Shown: positions 1 through 7,945, counted from the stretch's first letter. The stretch: DNA of 64,000 bases from Patescibacteria group bacterium (GCA_041662625.1 JBAZSB010000002.1:85497-149496), one strand, 5' to 3'. Notes: generated by a model not told the origin, from the sequence alone. Numbers and translations: made by a program.

Positions 1-210
1 AAACACATCAAACTGTTGTTTGAGTGCTGACGCAAGTTTGGTTTGCCAGTTTGGTGTGAAGACCAAATCACAAACCTGCACTTCGCATCCCAGCTGCTTT
101 AGACCAGAAGCAATCGCCAGGATCCCGACTGGTAGCATTGCCTTTGCCGGAATCACCGCTTTGTGGTCAGCGGTCAGAGAATACGGCGGGATGATTGCTA
201 AGACTCTCAT
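1..210 (-). CDS. B12-binding-domain radical SAM protein, N-terminal fragment (gene continues beyond window start)
   Basis: Minus-strand ATG at 210-208 gives MRVLAIIPPYSLTADHKAVIPAKAMLPVGILAIASGLKQLGCEVQVCDLVF..., which fits the PxGxxxLAxxL...G-x-EV-x-D pattern of cobalamin-binding radical SAM N-termini. GGAAAGGAAAAG RBS just upstream on the minus strand. ~50% GC. Absent from the ORF track because it runs off the window. Confidence 0.45.
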   Translation of the reverse strand, partial: MRVLAIIPPYSLTADHKAVIPAKAMLPVGILAIASGLKQLGCEVQVCDLVFTPNWQTKLASALKQQFDVF

Positions 211-315
211 GGCTTTTCCTTTCCGCTAGACGTGATGGCTGTATTGTAATGAACTTAGTTAAGAATCATTCTTAACGATTAATTATATAAAAATTTGGCT
301 AAATTGTCAATAATT

Positions 316-333
316 TTCGTCAATATTGACGAA
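316..333. promoter_or_regulatory. 18-bp perfect palindrome TTCGTCAATATTGACGAA; candidate operator upstream of the TrmB-family gene
   Basis: Perfect inverted repeat, read directly. The half-site GTCAATATT recurs upstream of the second TrmB paralog (2743-2770). Confidence 0.5.
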
Positions 334-455
334 CTTTTTTAGATATGCTACAATTAAAATATAAAATAAGCTAAAAAATTAAATAAAAATGACTAAAGTT
401 TTTTCGTCATTCTTTTGGAAGACTCAATTTTTATCACTTTACCCTGTCTACAGCT

Positions 456-500
456 CCCCTCGCCCCGTCTCAAACGGGGAGAGGGGTTGGGGGTGAGGGG
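456..500. repeat. GC-rich hairpin element (CCCCTCGCCCC..GGGGAGAGGGG followed by GGGTGAGGGG); member of the CCCCTCACC-motif family
   Basis: Imperfect 11-bp stem around a 9-nt loop in AT-rich intergenic DNA. The terminal GGTGAGGGG is shared with the GIY-YIG element inverted repeats at 4335/4629 and with elements at 32212-32480. Confidence 0.5.
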
Positions 501-536
501 TAATGAGAGTACCTAACTCTTAAATTTATAAAACCC

Positions 537-1286
537 ATGCAGTTTGATCGGCTTTTAAGCCAACTTGGCTTTTCTCAAAATGAAACAAAAGTCTACCTAG
601 CCAGCCTGGAAACTGGCCTTAGTTCGGCCCAAAACATTGCCCAAAAATCCGGGCTGCAGCGCACTACGACTTATTCGGTTTTGGCCGCTTTGGTTAGCCG
701 GGGTGTAGTGGCCAAAACCAAAGTCAAAGGTAAAAGTCGTTTTCTGGCCGAGCCGCCGGAAAAGCTGGTTTCTTTACTAAATGATTTACAAGGTAAATTA
801 AAAAAAGCTTTACCAGAATTGGAAGCCATTTATAATCAAGGGGAAGTTAAACCAAAAATTGTTTTTTATGAAGGTAAACGTGCCATTCAAAATGTTTATG
901 ATGATACTTTGCAGGAAAAACCCAAAGAAATCTTGGAATGGAACACCAATGCTTATTTTGAAAATCCGACAGTTGATAAGGAATATATCAGAAAAAGAAT
1001 CGCTTTTAACATTCATGCCAAAAGAATTGCCGGCCAAGGCTCAATTTGGGATACCCAACATAAACGACGCGATGAAACTGAGCTTTCCGAAACTGTCATT
1101 GTTCCGGCTGAACAATTTTGGCCAAGGATCGAAGTCAATATCTATAATGATAAAATTGCTTTTATGAATTATGCCGAAAATATGTCAGTGATTATTGAAA
1201 GTAAAGCCATTGCCGAAGCAATGAAACAGGTTTATCATTTATCCTGGCAAGGCGCAAAATCAATTGAAATGGATAAACAAAATTAA
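537..1286 (+). CDS. TrmB-family HTH transcriptional regulator
   Basis: 249 aa. N-terminal winged-HTH LGFSQNETKVYLASLETGLSSAQNIAQKSGLQRTTTYSVLAALVSRGVV is typical of TrmB (PF01978-like). Paralogous to the ORFs at 2863..3666 and 6903..7706. Confidence 0.7.
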   Translation: MQFDRLLSQLGFSQNETKVYLASLETGLSSAQNIAQKSGLQRTTTYSVLAALVSRGVVAKTKVKGKSRFLAEPPEKLVSLLNDLQGKLKKALPELEAIYNQGEVKPKIVFYEGKRAIQNVYDDTLQEKPKEILEWNTNAYFENPTVDKEYIRKRIAFNIHAKRIAGQGSIWDTQHKRRDETELSETVIVPAEQFWPRIEVNIYNDKIAFMNYAENMSVIIESKAIAEAMKQVYHLSWQGAKSIEMDKQN

Positions 1287-2203
1287 TCCATTTTTATAAA
1301 TATTGGATTTGATTTTCTTTCTAGCAGTGGATAGAAAATCATATTTAGAATAATACCCAGATAAACTAATTCGATCAAAATTAAATAACTTGGGCTACTA
1401 GTAAAATATATTATCATTGAGATTGAAAAAAATGAGGTTGTGAAAATAAATAATTGATGCTGAATATAGTAATTAGTGTAAAAAATTAATCCGATAGCAT
1501 AGGCTAGCAAAGGTATAATTATCAAATAGGAACCAAAATAAAAATGCTGAATTAATATTGAAGTAATAAGCAAACTAAGGGCCAAAAATCGGCCTTTTTT
1601 TAAACCAAAAACAACGGGAAAAGTTTTTTTATTTGCTTCGGCATTATGCTTAATATCTCGAATATCACCAACCATTCCCCGGCTAAAGTAAAGTAAAAAA
1701 ATCAAAATTGCTAATATGATGGTAGTTTGGGAAAAAACTGCAGAATAAAATGTAAGGGCATAAAGAAAATAGCTAACTTGGATTAATCCTCGATTAACAG
1801 AATTAAGCTGACCTAAAATTTCATTTCTATTTTTTTGGAGGTAAAGCAAAACTAAAATGACGGAGATTAAAACTAAAAATATTGAGGAATAATTCTGGAG
1901 TAATCCAATTAAAAAGGTTAGGAGTAAGAAAAATATTGGTATAATAACCGAAACATTCCCCCGATATTGGTACTGATGTTTAACCTCCAATATTAAGTTA
2001 AAAAATATCCATAAAGCTAAAAGACCGATTATGGTTATTACGTCTTTAAGATTAAAAGATAAATAATTGATAACAGAAAATTTAGCTAATAATCCAAGAA
2101 GGGTCAAATCAATCCAAGAATAAGGACGACTATTTAATAAATAACGATAAATCATTTTAAAATTAAGATGTTTTGTTCGCAGCTTTAATAACATAGTTGT
2201 CAA
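1283..2203 (-). CDS. UbiA-family prenyltransferase-like integral membrane protein
   Basis: 306 aa, about 8 TM helices. YFSRGMVGDIRDIKHNAEANKKTFPVVFG matches the second Asp-rich motif of UbiA/MenA prenyltransferases (DIRDI....K.T.PV..G). The first NDxxDxxxD motif is not evident. Confidence 0.5.
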   Translation of the reverse strand: MTTMLLKLRTKHLNFKMIYRYLLNSRPYSWIDLTLLGLLAKFSVINYLSFNLKDVITIIGLLALWIFFNLILEVKHQYQYRGNVSVIIPIFFLLLTFLIGLLQNYSSIFLVLISVILVLLYLQKNRNEILGQLNSVNRGLIQVSYFLYALTFYSAVFSQTTIILAILIFLLYFSRGMVGDIRDIKHNAEANKKTFPVVFGLKKGRFLALSLLITSILIQHFYFGSYLIIIPLLAYAIGLIFYTNYYIQHQLFIFTTSFFSISMIIYFTSSPSYLILIELVYLGIILNMIFYPLLERKSNPIFIKMD

Positions 2204-2666
2204 AATAAATTTTTTCGATAGCTAGTGGCAGTTCATTCATATCATTTAGAAAAATGATTTTTTTATAATGCAAAATGTGATCATTGATAAGCTTCTGATA
2301 AGTATTGCGATTATCAGTAATGACATAATTTATTCCACCTTTAATCATCCAATCCCGAAGCCAATTAGTTTGGTGATGAACAAAAGCCACCAAGGGTTTG
2401 CTTGAATTACTATACCAGCCACATTCCCAAGCACAATCATTGCCAAAACCCGGTAAGCACAAGCCAATATCGGAACTCTTGATGGCATTGAGATCAACCT
2501 CAAAAACTTGGTAAGAAAAGCCCTCATGGCTGGAATTCCAGGGATTATGTTCATGAGGCTTAAACACCTGAATTTTATCTGTATATAAAAAACTGCTGAC
2601 CCAATTATTCCATTCATGGGCATCTTTAGAGATTCTGGCGATTAAATATATTTTAATTTTCTCCAT
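2163..2666 (-). CDS. nucleoside 2-deoxyribosyltransferase-like (Rossmann-type) protein
   Basis: Start moved to the internal Met (MEKIKIYLIARISKD...). KIYLIA...FGNDCAWECGWY resembles the KIYLAGP...DSGTAFELGYA motifs of the PF05014 family. The longer ORF-track start at 2708 has no RBS. Confidence 0.4.
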   Translation of the reverse strand: MEKIKIYLIARISKDAHEWNNWVSSFLYTDKIQVFKPHEHNPWNSSHEGFSYQVFEVDLNAIKSSDIGLCLPGFGNDCAWECGWYSNSSKPLVAFVHHQTNWLRDWMIKGGINYVITDNRNTYQKLINDHILHYKKIIFLNDMNELPLAIEKIYFDNYVIKAANKTS

Positions 2667-2805
2667 ATATTGGTGGTTTTTAAGACTTAACAAATCAATA
2701 TAGCACATCTTTTATAACTTGTCAATATTCACCGACAATATTTATACAATTTTACCATTTATTTAAAGGATTATTAACAATATATAAAAAATTTGTGGAA
2801 TACTA

Positions 2806-2834
2806 TTGACACAAATTTAAATAAGGAGTATACT
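2806..2834 (+). promoter_or_regulatory. sigma70-type promoter TTGACA-N17-TATACT for the TrmB paralog
   Basis: TTGACA 2806-2811, 17-nt spacer, TATACT 2829-2834. Confidence 0.55.
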
Positions 2835-2862
2835 ATAGATATAAACCTAATTTATTAACTTT

Positions 2863-3666
2863 TTGCTTAAAAATATGCTTAATCAAAAACAATTAACCGA
2901 ATTGGGATTCAGCCCTAAGGAAGCTAATGTTTATTTATCTCTATTAGAGCTAGGCCCTTCAACCGCTACGGAAATTGCCAGAAAGGCCAAAATTAACCGA
3001 ACTACCAGCTATGACATATTAGAGTCTTTAACCAGTGAAGGACTAGTTTATTTAATTGGTGAGACTAAAATCCAAAAATATGCTGCTGAAAATCCCCAAA
3101 AAGTAGTTAATTTTTTAGAAAATCGAATAAAAAAAACTGAGCAGCAATTAACAGCAGCCCACGATATCCTTCCCCAGCTATTTTCGATCTATAACACTAA
3201 AGAAAAACCTCGGGTAAAATTTTTTGAGGGCTTAGAAGGTATGAAAGAAGCTTTTGAAGATACTCTAAATGCTGAAAACGAAATATTAGCCTATGCCGTT
3301 GGTAATGATATGTTTAGTGCCTTTAATGAACAATATTTTCATGATTATTTTCAAAAGCGGGTAGCTAAAGACATATTTGTAAGGGTAATTGCCCCCGACG
3401 ATGAAGGAACAAGAAAGGTTATTGCTAATGATAAAAAAGAATTACGTACCACCCTTTTGGTACCAACTGATAAATTTTATTTTTCCGTCGAAACAAATAT
3501 CTATAATAACAAAATTCTAATTGTTTCCTGGAAAGAAAAATTCGCTGTAATTATTGAAAGTAAAGAAATTTCTGATGCCCAAAGAAAAACATTTGAATTG
3601 GCCTGGCTCGGGGCAAAATCGTTGGATATAAATAAAACCAGATACATACAGGCGCAAAAAATTTAG
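2863..3666 (+). CDS. TrmB-family HTH transcriptional regulator (paralog 2)
   Basis: 267 aa. LGFSPKEANVYLSLLELGPSTATEIARKAKINRTTSYDILESLTSEGLV is a TrmB-type HTH. The architecture and C-terminal domain resemble 537..1286. Confidence 0.7.
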   Translation: MLKNMLNQKQLTELGFSPKEANVYLSLLELGPSTATEIARKAKINRTTSYDILESLTSEGLVYLIGETKIQKYAAENPQKVVNFLENRIKKTEQQLTAAHDILPQLFSIYNTKEKPRVKFFEGLEGMKEAFEDTLNAENEILAYAVGNDMFSAFNEQYFHDYFQKRVAKDIFVRVIAPDDEGTRKVIANDKKELRTTLLVPTDKFYFSVETNIYNNKILIVSWKEKFAVIIESKEISDAQRKTFELAWLGAKSLDINKTRYIQAQKI

Positions 3667-4019
3667 AAAATACCTAAAATACCCCAAAAATAAACAAGTG
3701 AATTATCCCCAATCTTTGCTGCCAAAAGATGAAATTTTGGCTTTTTTTGTTTTACGACACTAATTTAGAACTAAATTTAGCGAATTATTAGACTAATTAA
3801 TTGTTTGTCAATAAATACTAACAAAAAATCACAAAAAGTTGCAATAAAAAACCTTAATTGAGTTTCTCTCTTAAAAATATATTGAATAATTAGCTTATTT
3901 TAGTCTAGTTCAGGCGTCGTTAAATACTTCCCAAAAAATGACTCCCTGCTCTTGACTTTTTTAAAAAATAGTATTAGAATAAGGTTACTTTTTTATCGAT
4001 AACGTTCTTTGCCATCATT

Positions 4020-4210
4020 CTTACCCTGTGCGCCTTGCCGGGTGCCACAGGGGCCCGTGCCTACCATGGGCACAAACGAGCTATCTGTTCTCTCCTCGAG
4101 AGACCAGAAACGCTCGCCTTCCGCGGGAACCAACGATCTTACCTCCACCTACAAAGCTTGCTTGGCGCAAGAGGGTCACGGGTACGATTTGCGGTTCCCT
4201 TATTTATTTC
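4020..4210. ncRNA. candidate structured RNA (unclassified): ~190-nt GC-rich island in AT-rich intergenic DNA
   Basis: About 58% GC against a ~30% GC flank. Several stable hairpins read directly (CCCTGTG..CACAGGG, GTGCC..GGCAC, GTTCTCTC..GAGAGACC, CTTGC..GCAAG). Only spurious overlapping ORFs with no RBS. Strand and family (SRP, 6S, other) could not be decided by eye. Confidence 0.3.
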
Positions 4211-4334
4211 CGTCAAAAGAATCACTTAAAACCAATAAAATTTACCTACTTTCCCCTACTTTTGACTTTTTTGGTAATAAACTGTATATTATAAAATATT
4301 CTGAATCAGTACCCCTCACTTTTAGGGGCCCTTA

Positions 4335-4629
4335 GCCCCTCACCTGAAAAGTTTTTATGTTTTATGTCTATATTCTAAAAAGTAAAAAAGATGGTAGTAT
4401 CTATGTTGGGTATACCAATGATTTAAAAAGAAGATTTTTAGAACATAATAATTTAAAAAGTAAATCAACAAAAAATAAGGCGCCTTTTGAGCTGATCTAT
4501 TATGAGGCCTATAAGGCAATGGCTGACGCCAAATATCGAGAAAATAACCTCAAAAGATTCGCTAAAGCCTATATTCAACTGAAAAGAAGGATTAAAAATA
4601 GCTTAATTTAAACTTTTCAGGTGAGGGGC
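4335..4629 (+). mobile_element. mini-element carrying a GIY-YIG ORF, bounded by perfect 20-bp terminal inverted repeats, inserted at the 5' end of tRNA-Ala
   Basis: GCCCCTCACCTGAAAAGTTT at 4335-4354 and its exact reverse complement AAACTTTTCAGGTGAGGGGC at 4610-4629. 11-bp direct repeat GGGGCCCTTAG at 4325-4335 and 4625-4635; the second copy is the 5' end of tRNA-Ala. Confidence 0.6.
4357..4611 (+). CDS. GIY-YIG nuclease family protein (small, ~84 aa)
   Basis: YVYILKSKKDGSIYVGYTNDLKRRFLEHN is the GIY-(10-11 aa)-YIG motif with the conserved Arg and Glu. Same size class as the second copy at 31038..31292. Confidence 0.85.
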   Translation: MFYVYILKSKKDGSIYVGYTNDLKRRFLEHNNLKSKSTKNKAPFELIYYEAYKAMADAKYRENNLKRFAKAYIQLKRRIKNSLI

Positions 4630-4702
4630 CCTTAGCTCAGTTGGCTAGAGCGCCTCCATGGCATGGAGGAGGCCAAGGGTTCAAATCCCTTAGGGTCCAC
4701 CA
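4626..4702 (+). tRNA. tRNA-Ala (anticodon GGC)
   Basis: Cloverleaf folded by hand: acceptor GGGCCCT/AGGGTCC with the G3:U70 Ala identity pair, D-arm GCTC/GAGC, anticodon stem CCTCC/GGAGG, loop ATGGCAT, T-arm AAGGG-TTCAAAT-CCCTT, encoded CCA. Confidence 0.85.
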
Positions 4703-4805
4703 TATAAACAATTAACTATTGGCAATTAACAGTTAACTCGTTTAGCTGTTTTTTGTTAAACAAATGATAGTTAATTGTTAAAGGTTAACTGTTAATTGTC
4801 GAATT

Positions 4806-4819
4806 GTTCCACGTGGAAC
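4806..4819. promoter_or_regulatory. parS-like 14-bp perfect palindrome GTTCCACGTGGAAC, plus a TTAAC-N-GTTAA palindrome array (4727-4737, 4771-4781, 4786-4796)
   Basis: Differs from the canonical chromosomal parS core GTTTCACGTGAAAC at one symmetric position. Lies about 100 bp beyond the 3' end of the ParB-like gene, between it and tRNA-Ala. Confidence 0.45.
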
Positions 4820-4916
4820 ATTTTTTTGTTATTAAAAAAAGAGCCGACATAAGCCTTATAAGCCCTGTGGCTCACTATAAAAAACTATAGATTACGCCTC
4901 CCTCCTGACTCTCCTC

Positions 4917-6113
4917 CTAAAATCTGGAGCTCTCCTTTGATCCGGAAATTCGCTTTGCCAAGCCGCCTAATTGAGTAGTTAGGGTACGAATTTGCGCCAG
5001 AGCATCATCGTGAATATCTGGGTCTTTACCGGCAAAACTGCTGCCAATAGCAGCTTCCTCACTTTGCAGGACCAGAACCAGACTACCAATTGCCGACATC
5101 ACTTCCCGGCGCCGTTCTTCAGCCACCCGAGCGGCGAGAACTTTGGGATCCTCCTGCCTTCTCTTGCCATCTGGGGCAGCATCAGGTTTTTTAGGCCGGG
5201 GATCGAGCTTTTTGAGTCGTTCTAGTAGCTTCCCGAGGTCTTCCAAAGATCTGGTTAGAACCCTGATAATAGTCTCAAAATCAGTGGTGGCATCCGAGGC
5301 TTTCGGAAAAATCGCTTTGAGTGTCACCACTGGAATATCAAGGGCTCGCTGGAGTGATGTTCCAACCCGCTCAACATGGCGGATCAGGCTACGGCGGACA
5401 TCTCTTGGCCGTGCTGGTTTAGCCGCGGCTGCTCCCTGCTGGCCAGCGACAATTGCCTTGACCTTTTCAACCGCCCGGCCAGTAGCCATCAGCATTACAC
5501 TGGTTGCCACCTTAGCTTGGTCAGCTGGAGGCAATTCGGCGATTTCCTTGGCAACACTAACCGGCAATTCACCTGAAATCACCCGCCGCTTAACGGCATC
5601 GGTAAGTTTCAGCAGGGCTAGCCGATCACGCAGCCAGGGTTCTGACTTCTGAAAGGTATCACAGACCTCAGTCCAGATAGCACCAAGGTCGAGCAATTCC
5701 TGGATGTTTCGAGCAGCTTCCAGTGGCGTATGCGGCAGGCGACCCCAATTACTGCCAATTGCCAGCATTTTCCTGCCTTTTCGGTCATTGACATCAATAT
5801 TCACGACCACCGCTTGAAATGGCCTCCCGTTGAGTTTACAGGATTCAAGGCGATGTTGGCCCTTGATTAACCCATAAGGGTGGCTGGAATCATCGGTTGG
5901 GATGACAATACCCGGCTCTTTCTGGCCATTCCGCTGAATGTTGGGAGCCAGATCAGTCTTGATATAGTCCCAGTTCAACCCGTCGCGGGGCTGTTCCAAA
6001 ACGACAATCAGATCGGTCGGAATACTTAGGACTTCCGAAACAACCTCTACTCCTGCTGGCAACCGAAATTTCGTACTGTCTCTCTCTGCTACTGCTGCGA
6101 CTTGTGCATGCAT
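4917..6113 (-). CDS. ParB-like nuclease domain protein (ParB/Srx fold), in a GC-rich island
   Basis: Start set at the Met preceded by AAAGGAG (6113). IVIPTDDSSHPYGLIKGQHRLESCKL is ParB N-terminal-domain-like (GxxxxHR motif). About 52% GC versus ~37% for the host. Confidence 0.6.
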   Translation of the reverse strand: MHAQVAAVAERDSTKFRLPAGVEVVSEVLSIPTDLIVVLEQPRDGLNWDYIKTDLAPNIQRNGQKEPGIVIPTDDSSHPYGLIKGQHRLESCKLNGRPFQAVVVNIDVNDRKGRKMLAIGSNWGRLPHTPLEAARNIQELLDLGAIWTEVCDTFQKSEPWLRDRLALLKLTDAVKRRVISGELPVSVAKEIAELPPADQAKVATSVMLMATGRAVEKVKAIVAGQQGAAAAKPARPRDVRRSLIRHVERVGTSLQRALDIPVVTLKAIFPKASDATTDFETIIRVLTRSLEDLGKLLERLKKLDPRPKKPDAAPDGKRRQEDPKVLAARVAEERRREVMSAIGSLVLVLQSEEAAIGSSFAGKDPDIHDDALAQIRTLTTQLGGLAKRISGSKESSRF

Positions 6114-6328
6114 AGCTAGATCTCCTTTTACACTGGTTTGTTTTCCTCCTCGATTTCCGATCAAGTCTGCCTAAAAATATGAATTCTTCATGATAGCAAA
6201 GAACAAATAAATACTAAAAGCATTTTATCATTTTAATTTCATTCCAACAAACCAATTAAACTAACAAAAAAGAGGGAGCAAGCAACTCGCCGCTACCCTC
6301 GAAAACCTTTGATCTAAAGACCCAAGTG

Positions 6329-6700
6329 CTACCCCCTCCATAGGCTCCGCAAACTCCGCAATCCTGGCAAAGACCAGAATATAGACGAGTGCCGACCGTT
6401 GGTCGGCTGGGAGGCAGGTTTGGCCAACTGTGTAGGCCGAGCTATCCGAAGAGCCGCAATAAGGCGGGCGTCACAGACTACCTCCTCAAATGGACAAACC
6501 TTGCGGAGTTGGTAGGGATTTATCGTCCTCAGGTTACCATCAGCTCCGAGCAACTGCACCATGGGATCAGCCATCCCCGGCCAGATTGTGACAAGTTTCA
6601 TCGGCCCGGCCCAAGCATCGCCATTGAACTTCGACTCACGCCGATAAACTATTGCCCCTACTGCCACCGTAGTGCCATCACCCAACTTCACTTGTTCCAT
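6329..6700 (-). CDS. hypothetical protein (GC-rich island)
   Basis: Start at the internal Met preceded by GGAGGG (7-nt spacer). No recognisable motif. Confidence 0.4.
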   Translation of the reverse strand: MEQVKLGDGTTVAVGAIVYRRESKFNGDAWAGPMKLVTIWPGMADPMVQLLGADGNLRTINPYQLRKVCPFEEVVCDARLIAALRIARPTQLAKPASQPTNGRHSSIFWSLPGLRSLRSLWRG

Positions 6701-6902
6701 TATCGATCCCTCCACGGTCGTACCGCCAATAAGACCCATGACTCTGACTTAGCAACTGGCTAAGCAGAGATACAGTCAAAATCCTAATATTTGATCGTAA
6801 TATTAAATAAGGTGTTTGTCAATCTTAATAAATTATAGCTAAAGATGTTCCCTGGGAAACAAAAAATCAGCCCTAGCTGGTTGGATTAAATCAAACTAAT
6901 TA

Positions 6903-7706
6903 TTACAAATTTTTCAAAAACGAGGCTGTATCTTTGGGATCAACAGTAATTTTTTTACATAACGGCCAGACTAATTCAAATTGGGATTTAATCAATTCCG
7001 TAAAATCGCGGCTGGTCACGGTGAAACCAAAACTTTCCTTTCTTGAAGAAATAAAAGCAACTTTATCGGCATAAGCCCATAAACCCATATTCCAAGTCAT
7101 GCCTTTGGGCGCTAAACGAATTTCGCGATAGAATTCTTTAGTAATACCTAGGAAAGGATATTGTTTAAATTTCACGGCTTTATCTGAAGGCCAAATAGTT
7201 CGCAAATAAATTTTTTTGCGAATTCTTTTTCTATTATTTTCCGCCAGCCAATCCGCGCCCAGTACCCCAATCATTTCGGAAATCGGCCAAATGACTAAAG
7301 TAGTAATATTTTCATACCACAAAATATCATTAACCGCGCGTCTGACTCCTTCTTGGCCGCTGTAAAATTTGATTTTCGGTTCCAAATAATCAGCTTGGGT
7401 AGAAAGTTTAGGAATAATTTCTTTAAGTTGTTTTTCCTGCTTTTGTAAATTAGAAATTTTATCATTAACTAAACGAGAAATATTTTTAACATCATCAACC
7501 CGGAATAATTTTTTATTTTCCTGATCAATCTCGGTGACTAAGCCTAAGCTGATTAAAATTTTTAAATTATCATAAACCGACGGCCGGGGAATATTGAGAT
7601 TTTCAGCAAGTTGTCTGGCGGAAGAAATGCCAATTTCCAAAAGGCGCAAATAAATTCGCGTCGCGGTTTCGGGGATGTTTAGGTTTTTGAGGATGTCTTG
7701 GAGCAT
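6903..7706 (-). CDS. TrmB-family HTH transcriptional regulator (paralog 3)
   Basis: 267 aa. ATRIYLRLLEIGISSARQLAENLNIPRPSVYDNLKILISLGLV HTH. Same length and layout as the other two paralogs. Confidence 0.65.
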   Translation of the reverse strand: MLQDILKNLNIPETATRIYLRLLEIGISSARQLAENLNIPRPSVYDNLKILISLGLVTEIDQENKKLFRVDDVKNISRLVNDKISNLQKQEKQLKEIIPKLSTQADYLEPKIKFYSGQEGVRRAVNDILWYENITTLVIWPISEMIGVLGADWLAENNRKRIRKKIYLRTIWPSDKAVKFKQYPFLGITKEFYREIRLAPKGMTWNMGLWAYADKVAFISSRKESFGFTVTSRDFTELIKSQFELVWPLCKKITVDPKDTASFLKNL

Positions 7707-7708
7707 TA

Positions 7709-7850
7709 ATGTAAATTACAAATCTCAAGTTCCAAATAAATTACAATTACCAAAATTTCAAATCACAAACCCCTTGAGATCAACGTTTGGAATTTTTAAT
7801 ATTGTGATTTGGAATTTGTTTGATATTTGTAATTTTGGATTTGGTGCTTT
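7709..7850. repeat. long imperfect inverted repeat (~60-bp arms of CAAAT/ATTTG-rich words); copy A of a dispersed hairpin repeat
   Basis: Left arm AAATTACAAATCTCAAGTTCCAAATAAATTACAATTACCAAAATTTCAAATCACAAAC mirrors the right arm GGAATTTTTAATATTGTGATTTGGAATTTGTTTGATATTTGTAATTTTGGATTTGGTGC. A second copy is at 55826-55972. Confidence 0.55.
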
Positions 7851-7945
7851 CTATGATAACGACTAGTAGTTTATAAATCCACTCTAACTATTACCACCTG
7901 AACCACACTTTCAAACTATCACATTTGTCGGTTTTCGTCAACAGA

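Noticed and set aside
4020-4210. SRP RNA call for the GC-rich island
   Set aside because: A CGGAAGG-like segment exists on the minus strand, but the flanking sequences form independent local hairpins rather than the long domain IV helix.
4009-4335. Three overlapping + strand ORFs (108, 88 and 64 aa) over the GC-rich island
   Set aside because: They have no RBS or start context, all lie in one GC-rich hairpin-dense segment, and they overlap one another. They are more consistent with a structured RNA or non-coding island than with proteins.
5143-5652. Antisense ORFs inside the ParB-like gene, plus similar GC-rich antisense ORFs at 15138..15593, 10968..11507 and 21291..21713
   Set aside because: These are typical spurious reading frames on the opposite strand of GC-rich genes. 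They have no RBS and low-complexity Arg/Ser/Ala-rich translations.
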